From assembly GCA_030167145.1 (NCBI GenBank), contig CP126532.1:2100001-2132000 (forward strand): DNA of 32,000 nt. The letters run 5' to 3'. A program made the translations under genes and the position numbers. Origin of the DNA: Ktedonobacterales bacterium. GTDB lineage: Bacteria > Chloroflexota > Ktedonobacteria > Ktedonobacterales > JADMIN01. The stretch's first letter is position 1. Each line of letters starts with the position of its first letter. This document shows positions 18,321-26,482 of the stretch, piece after piece. The notes under the pieces were generated by a model. The model ran no database searches and was not told the origin of the DNA. It was given only the letters and a program-made list of their open reading frames with translations.

Positions 18321-19886
18321 TCACATTCGCCACAACACCAGCCGCTGTGCATTCTGCACCAGCACCGCCAGTGTCGTGCCCTTCGGCGACCACGCGACAT
18401 GGTCCACATCGTGTTCGCCGCCGAACTCCGTTATCGTCCCCAATAGTTGCCCTTGCAGCGTCGCCACCACCTTGCCGCTGGCGCAGTCGCGCACATCCAC
18501 CCGCTCTACCGTGTTCAGCGTCTTATGCTCCCCCGCCGCCAGCAACGTGCCATCGGCGCTCCACGCCAGTTGGACATAACTATTATTGATGTTCATCGTC
18601 GCCGCCACCTGCGCCAGCACCGCATCATGCAGCGGCATCAGCGTCTTCGGCAGATACTGCGGATCACCGCCGCCACACCCAGCGCCCTCCTGTGGATCCA
18701 CCGGCGGCATTTGCCCCACCGCCTGCGCCAGCTTCCCATTGGCGTTCACACCGAACTGCACATAGCGCCCATCCGGCGACCACGCCGTGGTATAGAGTCC
18801 CAGCGCGAAGTACGGCGCAAACTGCACTGGCGGCTTCGGCATATTGTATGGCGGCACATTTGGGCACGGCGCATTCAGCGCCAGTCCCCCCGTCCGCCAC
18901 ATCGTAAACGCCGCCCCGCCGTCGGCATTCCCCGCTGGCCCCACCTGCGGCGTCCCTGGTGTCGCGCTTAGCGGCTGCGTCGCGGTCAGCGACCCGTCGC
19001 CATTCCAGCGATACGCCAGCCCCTGCGGCACATTCTCCCCCGCCACCATCCCCGCCGTCACATCCCAGCGCAGTTGCTGCCCCTGCAACCGCTCCGCCGC
19101 CTTCTCGCTCGCAAACATCAGCACCCGCGCCGTCTGCGCCCCCACATCCACCAGCGCCAGCCCCGAATTGATGGTATGTACCCCACTCGCCACCAGATTA
19201 TGATCCTGATCGAACTGCTGATAGGCGGTCCCCGCTCCGAAGGTGATGGCGATTTCCTTGCCATCCGGCGACCAGATCATCTCGCCATAACCCGCTTCGA
19301 GTTCATTATTTGGGTTACTGCTCACACTCGCCGGAATCGCCAGCGGCAGCACCAGCGGATCCAGCTTAATCGTCCGTATGATGCGCCCGGTCGCCGCATC
19401 CACTAGCGCCAGCTTACCAGCGGGATCGCTGAATTGCGTAGTCCCTCCAGGACACGAACCTGTCCCCAGCACCGCCAGCGTCTTCCCATCTGGCGACCAG
19501 GCCATCGCCTGCGGGCATCCCATCGCCGCCAGCAGGTCCACCAAAATTGTCTTTGCGGCGGATTTCTTTTGCGCCGTCCGCGAGCCTCCCAACGCGCCCG
19601 TGGCCACAAGCCCGCCGGCCACCACCGCCATCGCCAGCAGCGCGCAGGCCACCCCCACCACCACGCGCCGTCGCCCACGCGCCTTCAACGTTGTCGGTGG
19701 CGCCAGCGATTCTACCGGCGGGGCACCCATAGCCGTGTCGGTTGCGCTTTGTGTCGCGTTTCCCACCGCCTGTTGCGCCCCTGCCAGCGTCCGCAGCGCC
19801 GCCAGCCTGCGTTCGCGCTCCTGCTCTGCCCACAGATCGCCACTTTCGCCGCCACTGCCGTCTGTCATCTCGCTACTCCATCCCAT
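18321..19886 (-). CDS. membrane-anchored protein with WD40-like (TolB-type) beta-propeller repeats
   Basis: Repeated blades AWSPDGKTLA, IWSPDGKEIA, AWSPDGRYVQ, AWSADGTLLA and AWSPKGTTLA. A single TM VVVGVACALLAMAVVAGGLVATGAL follows a roughly 75-aa cytoplasmic N-terminus. An alternative ATG at 19868 has a better SD. Confidence 0.75.
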   Translation of the reverse strand: MGWSSEMTDGSGGESGDLWAEQERERRLAALRTLAGAQQAVGNATQSATDTAMGAPPVESLAPPTTLKARGRRRVVVGVACALLAMAVVAGGLVATGALGGSRTAQKKSAAKTILVDLLAAMGCPQAMAWSPDGKTLAVLGTGSCPGGTTQFSDPAGKLALVDAATGRIIRTIKLDPLVLPLAIPASVSSNPNNELEAGYGEMIWSPDGKEIAITFGAGTAYQQFDQDHNLVASGVHTINSGLALVDVGAQTARVLMFASEKAAERLQGQQLRWDVTAGMVAGENVPQGLAYRWNGDGSLTATQPLSATPGTPQVGPAGNADGGAAFTMWRTGGLALNAPCPNVPPYNMPKPPVQFAPYFALGLYTTAWSPDGRYVQFGVNANGKLAQAVGQMPPVDPQEGAGCGGGDPQYLPKTLMPLHDAVLAQVAATMNINNSYVQLAWSADGTLLAAGEHKTLNTVERVDVRDCASGKVVATLQGQLLGTITEFGGEHDVDHVAWSPKGTTLAVLVQNAQRLVLWRM

Positions 19887-20000
19887 CGTCCGCCCGCCGG
19901 CACCGCTACCACCCAGTGGCGTCGCAGTCGTAGCGTCGCGTGCCGTTCAACCTCTGCGATATGTGACGCGCGCCAGCCACCGCCGTTTACACGCGCCCTA

Positions 20001-20597
20001 CTATGGAGCTGGTGCGAACGTCATCACCAGCCGCCCCGCCGATGTCTCCACCCCGGTCAGCACATAGCGTGTGCCACCCAATGCCAACCCATTCCCAAGC
20101 CCCGCCAACTGCTGATTCAGCGCGTCCTCTAGCAGCCCGGTCACTACCCCTGGCAGCGGCAGATTACCCACGCGCGCCTCCGTCACCTGCACCGCTGGCT
20201 GCCCATTGGCCGCTTCGATCCGCAGTGTCACCGCGAGTGGCCGCGTCAGCCCGCCAAGGAGTTCCACATCCCCCGCAATTGTCACCAGATCGCCGGGCTG
20301 AATGTGCGCCTGCACATTCGTAGCAGTGAACGGCAACTGCGCCTGAGCGATGCCATCGGCGCAGAGTCGCGACAGCAACACATCATCCACACTTACCGTC
20401 GCCGTGCCGCTACCCCCCACCGTCCCTGTCGCGCCGATCACGGACGTGCGTCCGGGCGCAAATAACAGCAGCGCCAGCACTGTCAGCAGCGCCCCGCAGA
20501 TCAGCCCACCTAAACCCCACAGCGGCCCACGCATGCCACGCCGTCCGCGCGCCCGCGCTGGTTCTATTGCTCGATTCGGATACGTTGGTTCATCCAC
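20001..20597 (-). CDS. hypothetical N-terminally anchored protein
   Basis: GTG start 7 nt after GGGAGG. Arg-rich N-terminus, then TM LWGLGGLICGALLTVLALLLF. The soluble part is rich in Gly/Leu/Val/Thr. I have a loose impression of a DUF2993/LmeA-like protein, unverified. Confidence 0.6.
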   Translation of the reverse strand: MDEPTYPNRAIEPARARGRRGMRGPLWGLGGLICGALLTVLALLLFAPGRTSVIGATGTVGGSGTATVSVDDVLLSRLCADGIAQAQLPFTATNVQAHIQPGDLVTIAGDVELLGGLTRPLAVTLRIEAANGQPAVQVTEARVGNLPLPGVVTGLLEDALNQQLAGLGNGLALGGTRYVLTGVETSAGRLVMTFAPAP

Positions 20598-20739
20598 GGT
20601 AACGCCTCCCTATGTACCGCAGCCGCTAGCTCCGCTCCTCTATCTCGTGCCCGCGCAAGTCCCTGACCACCGGCCTATACTCGTTTACACAGCGGCACAC
20701 TCTCTGCTGCGCATCGTATCCTTTAACAGGAGTTACTTA

Positions 20740-21249
20740 TTGCGGTCACGCTCTTGCGGCCAGAAGTGTAGCGCCATGAACCAGTCTGACCAGCGCCCAC
20801 AGCACCATTTCAGCGCCAGCATCCCGCTACTCTGCTGCGGACTCCTCCTCTGCGGCCTCTTGGCGGCCTGCGCGCAAAGCACGAGCAAAGCGCCGCCGCG
20901 TGCCAAGCCGCTGGCCCTGCGCTGCACCCTTGCCGTGCCCACGGGCGCTGAGACCGAAATCATCACACTCCAAAGCACCACCCTCACCTGCACCGTCACC
21001 AACGCCAGCCCCAGCGCTGTCTCCTTCACGCTGCATTACAAAATCGCGGATTGGAACGGCGCGCACAACCGCTTCGATCTCATCTGCTCTGGCCCTATCG
21101 AGCATGGCGCGGGCGCCTGCCACCGCGCGTTCGCCGTTCCCTACCCCTTCGCTCCTGACGAAAGCTGGGTCACCGGACTGCTGCTCCCCATGCAGCAACA
21201 ACTCGGCCCCATCCATGCCGTTCCCCTGACACCCGCCACCCACCTCTAA
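20740..21249 (+). CDS. putative lipoprotein
   Basis: Lipobox LLAAC in IPLLCCGLLLCGLLAACAQS. TTG 20740 lies 7 nt after AGGAG; the alternative ATG 20776 is in frame. The 5' part of the ORF-track ORF (20350-) overlaps the opposite-strand gene and is rejected. Confidence 0.6.
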   Translation: MRSRSCGQKCSAMNQSDQRPQHHFSASIPLLCCGLLLCGLLAACAQSTSKAPPRAKPLALRCTLAVPTGAETEIITLQSTTLTCTVTNASPSAVSFTLHYKIADWNGAHNRFDLICSGPIEHGAGACHRAFAVPYPFAPDESWVTGLLLPMQQQLGPIHAVPLTPATHL

Positions 21250-21317
21250 TAACGCTCTTCATAAACGTAGTGCAATATGCACAACAAAATGCACCAAACT
21301 TCGGCCACATTCCTCCA

Positions 21318-21345
21318 TTGGCCCGTGCGAAACCTCGTCTATACT
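21318..21345 (+). promoter_or_regulatory. candidate promoter of glnA
   Basis: TTGGCC, 16-nt spacer, TATACT (21340-21345), about 95 nt upstream of ATG 21442. Pattern match only. Confidence 0.3.
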
Positions 21346-21441
21346 CTATCTCAGATGTGTCGTTGTGCAAAGTGTGGCATCGCCGCGCGAGTAACACACG
21401 CGATCCCGCCGTAGTATCGCAGAGGAGACGGAGCAAAACAC

Positions 21442-22875
21442 ATGACGAGCAGTCCGGATGATGTGGTGCGGATGGCCCGAGAAAAGGGCGTCCGGATGGT
21501 TGACTTGAAGTTTGCCGATGTTCCTGGTATGTGGCATCATATGAGCATTCCGGTGCGGAATCTCACCCCCGACATCTTTGAAGAAGGCATCGGCTTCGAC
21601 GGCTCCAGTATTCGCGGCTTCCAGGACATCAATGAGAGCGATATGCTGCTCATGCCCGATCCCGCCTCTGCTATTCTTGATCCCTTCACCGCCGAGCCAA
21701 CCCTCAGCCTCGTCTGTAACGTCGCTCAGCCTGGCGCGCGTCACACGCCCTATACGCGCGATCCACGCTATATTGCCCAAAAAGCCGAAGCCTTCCTTAT
21801 CAAGTCGGGGATTGCTGACCGCGCCTACTTCGGTCCCGAAGCCGAGTTCTTCATCTTCGACGACGTCAAGTATCGCGCCAGCCAGAACGAGCAATGGGCC
21901 GTGGTGGAGAGCGACGAAGCCCACTGGAACTCCGGACGCAACGGCACGACCAACCTTGGGCACCGCATGCGCCCGAAGGAAGGCTACTCGCCAGTCGCGC
22001 CGAACGACACACTCCACGACCTGCGCACCGCGATGGTGCTGACGATGGAAGACTGCGGCATTGACGTGGAAGCCCAACACCACGAAGTCGCCGCGGGCGG
22101 CCAGTGCGAAATTGATATGCGCTTCGACTCGCTGCTGACCATGGCCGACCGCGTCATGCTCTATAAGTACATCGTGAAGAATATCGCCCGTCGCGCTGGC
22201 AAAACCGTCACCTTCATGCCCAAGCCCATCTTCGGCGACAACGGCTCCGGTATGCATGTGCATATGAGCCTCTGGAAAGGCGATGAACCACTCTTCGCCG
22301 ACCCCGAGGGCTATGCGGGCATCTCTGAGATGGCGCGATTCTTCATCGGCGGACTCCTCACCCATGCCCCCGCCGTTCTCGCCCTCGCCGCGCCCACCAC
22401 CAACAGCTACCGCCGCCTCGTCCCAGGCTACGAGGCCCCCGTCAACCTCGTCTACTCGCAGCGCAACCGCTCCGCCGCCGTCCGCATCCCGATGTATTCG
22501 GATAGCCCGAAGGCGAAGCGTGTCGAGTTCCGCCCGCCGGACCCGACGTGCAACCCTTATCTCACCTTCTCCGCGCTGCTCATGGCCGGCCTCGACGGCA
22601 TTCGCCGCGAAATTACCCCAGAAAAGCATGGCTTCGGGCCGCTCGACCGCAACATCTATGAGATGTGCGCCGAAGAGAAGCGCGAGATCAAATCCGTCCC
22701 CGGCTCGCTGGGCGAGGCGCTCACCGCGTTGGAGCTTGATCACGAATTCTTGCTCGAAGGCGACGTCTTCACTACTGACCTCCTCGCCAAATACATCGAG
22801 CTACGGCGCGAACAAGATGCTGAGGTCCGCCTCCGCCCCGCGCCACTGGAGTTCGCGCTCTACTACGACGCCTAG
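21442..22875 (+). CDS. glnA: glutamine synthetase, type I
   Basis: GSI pattern [19 protein letters not shown]...[10 protein letters not shown]...[18 protein letters not shown]...[13 protein letters not shown]...SAAVRIP. GAGGAGACGGAG lies upstream of the ATG. Confidence 0.95.
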   Translation: MTSSPDDVVRMAREKGVRMVDLKFADVPGMWHHMSIPVRNLTPDIFEEGIGFDGSSIRGFQDINESDMLLMPDPASAILDPFTAEPTLSLVCNVAQPGARHTPYTRDPRYIAQKAEAFLIKSGIADRAYFGPEAEFFIFDDVKYRASQNEQWAVVESDEAHWNSGRNGTTNLGHRMRPKEGYSPVAPNDTLHDLRTAMVLTMEDCGIDVEAQHHEVAAGGQCEIDMRFDSLLTMADRVMLYKYIVKNIARRAGKTVTFMPKPIFGDNGSGMHVHMSLWKGDEPLFADPEGYAGISEMARFFIGGLLTHAPAVLALAAPTTNSYRRLVPGYEAPVNLVYSQRNRSAAVRIPMYSDSPKAKRVEFRPPDPTCNPYLTFSALLMAGLDGIRREITPEKHGFGPLDRNIYEMCAEEKREIKSVPGSLGEALTALELDHEFLLEGDVFTTDLLAKYIELRREQDAEVRLRPAPLEFALYYDA

Positions 22876-22930
22876 CCCGCATCCCTTGTACCGTCAGCGT
22901 CTCGCTGGCCCATCACACACATCACACTCG

Positions 22931-22967
22931 CAAAGGCGAAGTCCGCTTCATGTGGGCCTCGCCTTTG
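22931..22967 (+). terminator. possible glnA terminator hairpin
   Basis: CAAAGGCGA (22931-22939) / TCGCCTTTG (22959-22967), 19-nt loop, then TGTTCTCTC. The large loop makes this weak. Confidence 0.3.
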
Positions 22968-23039
22968 TGTTCTCTCCCCCCAAGCCTCCCAATTTCCCCG
23001 CGCACGCCCGCATAGAATCGCTCGTGAAAGAACAGCCTC

Positions 23040-23082
23040 TTGACTCGCATTCCATCTGCCCGTTACTATGTCATGATGACAT
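23040..23082 (+). promoter_or_regulatory. candidate promoter plus palindromic operator of the PadR-MFS operon
   Basis: TTGACT (23040-23045), 18-nt spacer, TACTAT (23064-23069). It is overlapped by the perfect palindrome ATGTCAT-G-ATGACAT (23068-23082). This resembles the ATGT-N8-ACAT PadR operator type but has a 7-nt spacer. Confidence 0.45.
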
Positions 23083-23092
23083 ATCATTATGA

Positions 23093-23734
23093 GTGGTCAC
23101 AATGACTGATATGGAGGGGATCGCTGTGTACGAGTTGCTGATTCTCTCGTTCCTGATGCGTGGGAAGATGCACGGCTATTTGATGGCGAAGATCATCAAC
23201 GACATCATCGGCCCCTATGCAAAGTTCAGCCATGGGCGGATGTATCCGCTGCTGAGCAAGCTTGAAGCCGACGGGTTGATCGGCGCGGCGGAGGATGCGG
23301 CGGAACACGGGCAGGGTGACCGGCGGCAACGCGCGTTTACCATTACTGAGGCGGGCCGCAAACGCTTTCACCAGTTGATGATGGATACCACGTCGAGCCC
23401 TGGCGGCTATCGGGAGATCTTCTGGATGAAGTTCACGTCATTCGAGATGCTGCAGCCAGATGAGCGGCTGTTTCTGATGGACCATTACCTCAACTACTGC
23501 CAGACGCATATCTTCCACCTGATGAACCAGATGGAGGAGCTAGAGCGGGATGTCAAGGAACAGCACTTCATGACGGACCAGCGGCCCGATGTGACGCTGC
23601 ACGTCATACGTCATGCGATCAATCAGTGGCGACTGGAAAGTAAAGACGTGACGGAGTTGCGCGAGCGCGAAATCGCTCGCATGCAACCTGATGCACAACA
23701 TGACACTATGACAACGGAGGAGCATCCGCAATGA
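23093..23734 (+). CDS. PadR-family transcriptional regulator (long C-terminal domain type)
   Basis: YELLILSFLMRGKMHGYLMAKIINDIIGPYAKFSHGRMYPLLSKLEADGLI is a PadR winged helix. The start is uncertain: GTG 23093, ATG 23102 or 23111, or GTG 23126, which lies 6 nt after GGAGGGG. Confidence 0.85.
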   Translation: MVTMTDMEGIAVYELLILSFLMRGKMHGYLMAKIINDIIGPYAKFSHGRMYPLLSKLEADGLIGAAEDAAEHGQGDRRQRAFTITEAGRKRFHQLMMDTTSSPGGYREIFWMKFTSFEMLQPDERLFLMDHYLNYCQTHIFHLMNQMEELERDVKEQHFMTDQRPDVTLHVIRHAINQWRLESKDVTELREREIARMQPDAQHDTMTTEEHPQ

Positions 23735-25554
23735 GTTCCGCGAACACGCCAACTTCCGCGCCCGCACAGCAAACGCTTGCGGCGCCGAGCGGCAACGGGC
23801 GACGTATCCACGGCTTCGCGCTGGGCAGTGTGCTGGCCGCGCTGATGCTGACATTGCTGCTCGAAGCGCTGGACCAGACCATTGTGGGGACGGCGCTGCC
23901 CAAGATTATCGCCGAATTACAAGGTTTCGACCGCTACACCTGGGTCGTGACGGCGTATTTGCTGGCCTCGACGACGATGATTCCTATCGTGGGCAAGCTT
24001 TCGGACCAGTTTGGCCGCAAGTGGTTTTTCGTGGCGGGCGTGATCCTGTTCCTGGTTGGCTCAGCGCTTTCGGGCGCGGCGCAGACGATGAACCAGTTGA
24101 TCGTCTTCCGCGCCATCCAGGGATTGGGCGCGGGCACTGGCATCGCGCTGGTGTTCACGGTGGTGGGCGACATCTTTCCACCGGCTGAGCGCGCCAAGTG
24201 GCAGGGCATCTTCGCGGCGGTCTACGGCTTCTCCAGTGTCGTTGGGCCGACCATCGGCGGCTGGCTGAGCGATCATGGTCCACTGGTGGGTACGTTCGTG
24301 ACGGATACGACACGCTGGCGCTGGGTCTTCTATGTGAATATCCCCATCGGCATCATCGCGCTGCTGGCGCTGTTGATCTACCTGCCCACCGACATCTCCG
24401 CGCGCAGCAGCCGCTATCGTGGTCTCGCCGCGCTGAAGCGAGTGGACTTCCTGGGGGCGGCGCTGGCCTCTGGCGCGACGATCTGCTTGCTGCTGGGGCT
24501 AACCTGGGGCGGCAATCAGACGTATAGCTGGAACTCGCCACAGGTGATGGGTACGCTGGCGGGCGCGGCGGCGCTGTATCTGGCGTTTTTCATTGCCGAG
24601 CGGTTCGCGGTCGAGCCGATTCTGCCGCTGGATCTCTTTCGCAATCAGGTGTTCGCGGCGGATTCGTTGCTTTCGATCACCTCAGGTATGGTGCTGCTTT
24701 CGCTGGTGATCTACCTGCCGCTCTTTCTGCAAGGGGTGCTGGGCGAATCGGCGACGAACTCCGGCGAGGTGATTACGCCGCTCACCATCAGTCTGGTGAT
24801 TGGCGCGTCTATCTCTGGCTTCGTCATCGCCCGGCTGGGGCGCTACCACGGCGTTACGGTCGCGGGGGCGGTGGTAATGACCATCGGTGTCTTTCTGCTG
24901 ACGCGGATGACGGCGACGACGAGCATCATCACGGCGGGCGGCTATATGGTGGTCACGGGGCTGGGGCTGGGCATCTTCTTCTCGGTGATGACGCTGGCGG
25001 TGCAGAACGCGCTGCCGCGCACGCGCATGGGCATCGGCACCGGGGCGATCACCTATCTGCGGGCGTTGGGGCAGACGCTGGGGCTGGCTATCGTCGGCAC
25101 GGTGGTCAATAACACGATCACCAGCGACATCCAGAGCCGCCTGCCCGCCGATGTGAAGACGAAGCTGTCGCCCCAGGCGCTGAAATTCGCCACCGACACG
25201 CAGGCGCTGGTGAATCCGACGTATCGCGACACGGTGGTGCATACGGCACAGCAGTTCGCGGTTCACTTCGCGACGCTGAACATGCCGCCAGGGACCCAAC
25301 GGGACGCGGTGGCGGCGCAGGTGAGCCAGCAGACGGCGGCGCTGCTGCAACAGGTCTTCGCTGCGCTGCGTCAATCGCTGGCGACGGGCATTCAGCATGG
25401 CTTTCTGACGGTGCTGGTGTTCTGTGTGGGGGTGCTGGTGGCGGCGGTGTTCCTGAAAGATGTACCGCTGGCCAAGACATTCCGCGAGGAGCAGAGCAAC
25501 GGGACGGGGGTGCAGGGCGACGTGGCGAGTGAGTACGCCGCACCGGGGCTATAG
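23731..25554 (+). CDS. MFS transporter, DHA2 (EmrB/QacA-like, 14-TMS) drug:H+ antiporter family
   Basis: LDQTIVGTALPKI...WVVTAYLLASTTMIPIVGKLSDQFGRKW...FRAIQGLGAG. There are about 14 hydrophobic segments and a roughly 95-aa soluble insert before the last TM. The start overlaps the PadR stop (ATGA at 23731-23734). Confidence 0.9.
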   Translation: MSSANTPTSAPAQQTLAAPSGNGRRIHGFALGSVLAALMLTLLLEALDQTIVGTALPKIIAELQGFDRYTWVVTAYLLASTTMIPIVGKLSDQFGRKWFFVAGVILFLVGSALSGAAQTMNQLIVFRAIQGLGAGTGIALVFTVVGDIFPPAERAKWQGIFAAVYGFSSVVGPTIGGWLSDHGPLVGTFVTDTTRWRWVFYVNIPIGIIALLALLIYLPTDISARSSRYRGLAALKRVDFLGAALASGATICLLLGLTWGGNQTYSWNSPQVMGTLAGAAALYLAFFIAERFAVEPILPLDLFRNQVFAADSLLSITSGMVLLSLVIYLPLFLQGVLGESATNSGEVITPLTISLVIGASISGFVIARLGRYHGVTVAGAVVMTIGVFLLTRMTATTSIITAGGYMVVTGLGLGIFFSVMTLAVQNALPRTRMGIGTGAITYLRALGQTLGLAIVGTVVNNTITSDIQSRLPADVKTKLSPQALKFATDTQALVNPTYRDTVVHTAQQFAVHFATLNMPPGTQRDAVAAQVSQQTAALLQQVFAALRQSLATGIQHGFLTVLVFCVGVLVAAVFLKDVPLAKTFREEQSNGTGVQGDVASEYAAPGL

Positions 25555-25569
25555 GGAATGCCTGTAAAA

Positions 25570-25586
25570 GCGCATGGGGAATGCGC
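25570..25586 (+). terminator. possible terminator hairpin after the MFS gene
   Basis: GCGCAT-GGGGA-ATGCGC, 16 nt after the stop, followed by GTCTTAT. A second hairpin GCAGGGGG-N6-CCCCCTGC lies at 25599-25620. Confidence 0.3.
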
Positions 25587-25694
25587 GTCTTATGGATGGC
25601 AGGGGGAATCTACCCCCTGCACAGGCCGGTAAGGATGCCGATGCCACACTCGATGGCGCAGGCAAGAAGCGGCGCGGAGCACAGCAACATTCAG

Positions 25695-25718
25695 GAGCGT
25701 CCGCTGGGCGGGACGCCC
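25695..25718 (-). terminator. possible terminator hairpin after the zinc-ribbon gene
   Basis: The minus strand reads GGGCGTCC-N8-GGACGCTC: 8 bp including one G-U, which is an A-C mismatch on the plus strand. It starts about 40 nt after the stop. No U-run follows. Confidence 0.3.
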
Positions 25719-25759
25719 ATTGATGAATCCGAGTGGATGGCAGTGCTGCTACGCTGACG

Positions 25760-26056
25760 CTAGCGGGCGGCGCGCACGCGCTCGAAGCAGTCGCTGCAAT
25801 AGACGGGTTTTTCGTTGCGCGGCAGGAAGGGCACGCGGGCCTCACCGCCGCATTCAGCGCAGGTGACGACGTGCATCTCGCGCTGACGCCGCTCGCCGTT
25901 GCCCGCGCTCATCGTTTGTCGCCGGCGCCGGCGACAGTCTGGGCAGCGTCCCGGCTGGTTGAGCAATCCACGCTGCTGGTAAAACTCCTGCTCACCGGCG
26001 CTGAATACGAATTCCTGGCCGCATTCGCGGCATACAAGCGTTTTGTCCTCAAACAT
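25760..26056 (-). CDS. small double zinc-ribbon protein of unknown function
   Basis: Two CxxC...CxxC modules, CRECGQEFVF...CPDCRRRRR and CAECGGEARVPF...YCSDCF, separated by an Arg-rich linker. ATG 26056; the TTG at 26077 is the ORF-track start. Confidence 0.8.
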   Translation of the reverse strand: MFEDKTLVCRECGQEFVFSAGEQEFYQQRGLLNQPGRCPDCRRRRRQTMSAGNGERRQREMHVVTCAECGGEARVPFLPRNEKPVYCSDCFERVRAAR

Positions 26057-26410
26057 GGTGTTGCGGAACCTCCCCAAGCCCTTGATCCGCTCTCACACCG
26101 CCGGAACCTCTCAGCGCGAAACGTCCGGGCGGCGCCAGTGCTTCACTGCTGGCCACGAGCCAGCACCGAGTGAAACACCGAGCAAAGGATACATGATTGT
26201 CAAGTGCTTGGCAATACCCGTATTTTGGAAGAGGCATCGAGTCGTGTGGAGGCAGCTTGGCGCGTGGATGGCCGTGGGCGCTGTACAATGGGAGGACAGG
26301 TGAATGCGCGGGATATGGAGATAGGGAGAGTGCGATACGTGGCAGCGGGAGACACAACGAGCAATATACGAAGTACGACGCGAAACGGGGCGGCGCGCGG
26401 GGATGTGAGC

Positions 26411-26432
26411 GGGCAGACAGGAATGTCCGCCC
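26411..26432. repeat. 22-nt hairpin repeat, copy 1
   Basis: GGGCAGACA-GGAA-TGTCCGCCC. It forms 9 bp with one A-C mismatch on the plus strand, which is a G-U pair on the minus strand. Confidence 0.6.
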
Positions 26433-26452
26433 CAGCAGAGGTAGGTACAGGT

Positions 26453-26474
26453 GAGCAGACAGGAATGTCCGCTC
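26453..26474. repeat. 22-nt hairpin repeat, copy 2 (42 nt downstream of copy 1)
   Basis: GAGCAGACA-GGAA-TGTCCGCTC. Relative to copy 1, stem position 2 changes G-C to A-T, a compensatory change. Confidence 0.6.
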
Positions 26475-26482
26475 CACCAGTG

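Noticed and set aside
21250-21441. Nitrogen-regulator binding site (TnrA/GlnR TGTNA-N7-TNACA, NtcA GTA-N8-TAC, actinobacterial GlnR boxes) upstream of glnA
   Set aside because: No convincing match was found. Only a short palindrome GTGCA-ATA-TGCAC (about 21271-21283) is present, which I cannot tie to a known regulator.
21346-22743. 465-aa minus-strand ORF antisense to glnA
   Set aside because: It is a shadow ORF of the highly conserved glutamine synthetase frame. It has Gly/Ala/Arg/Val-biased composition, no motifs and no RBS.
26411-26474. Possible mini-CRISPR array (two direct repeats with a spacer)
   Set aside because: There are only two copies. The repeat is 22 nt and the spacer only 20 nt. 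No cas genes or leader are present, and a third copy lies 1.8 kb away in a different context.
26204-26482. N-terminal 93-codon extension of the tgt ORF, and minus-strand ORFs 26049-26561 and 26111-26842
   Set aside because: Tgt homology begins at LSFEVVGRD, right after ATG 26483. The extension translates the hairpin repeats and promoter-like sequence. The minus ORFs are Pro/Arg/Ala-rich shadow frames.
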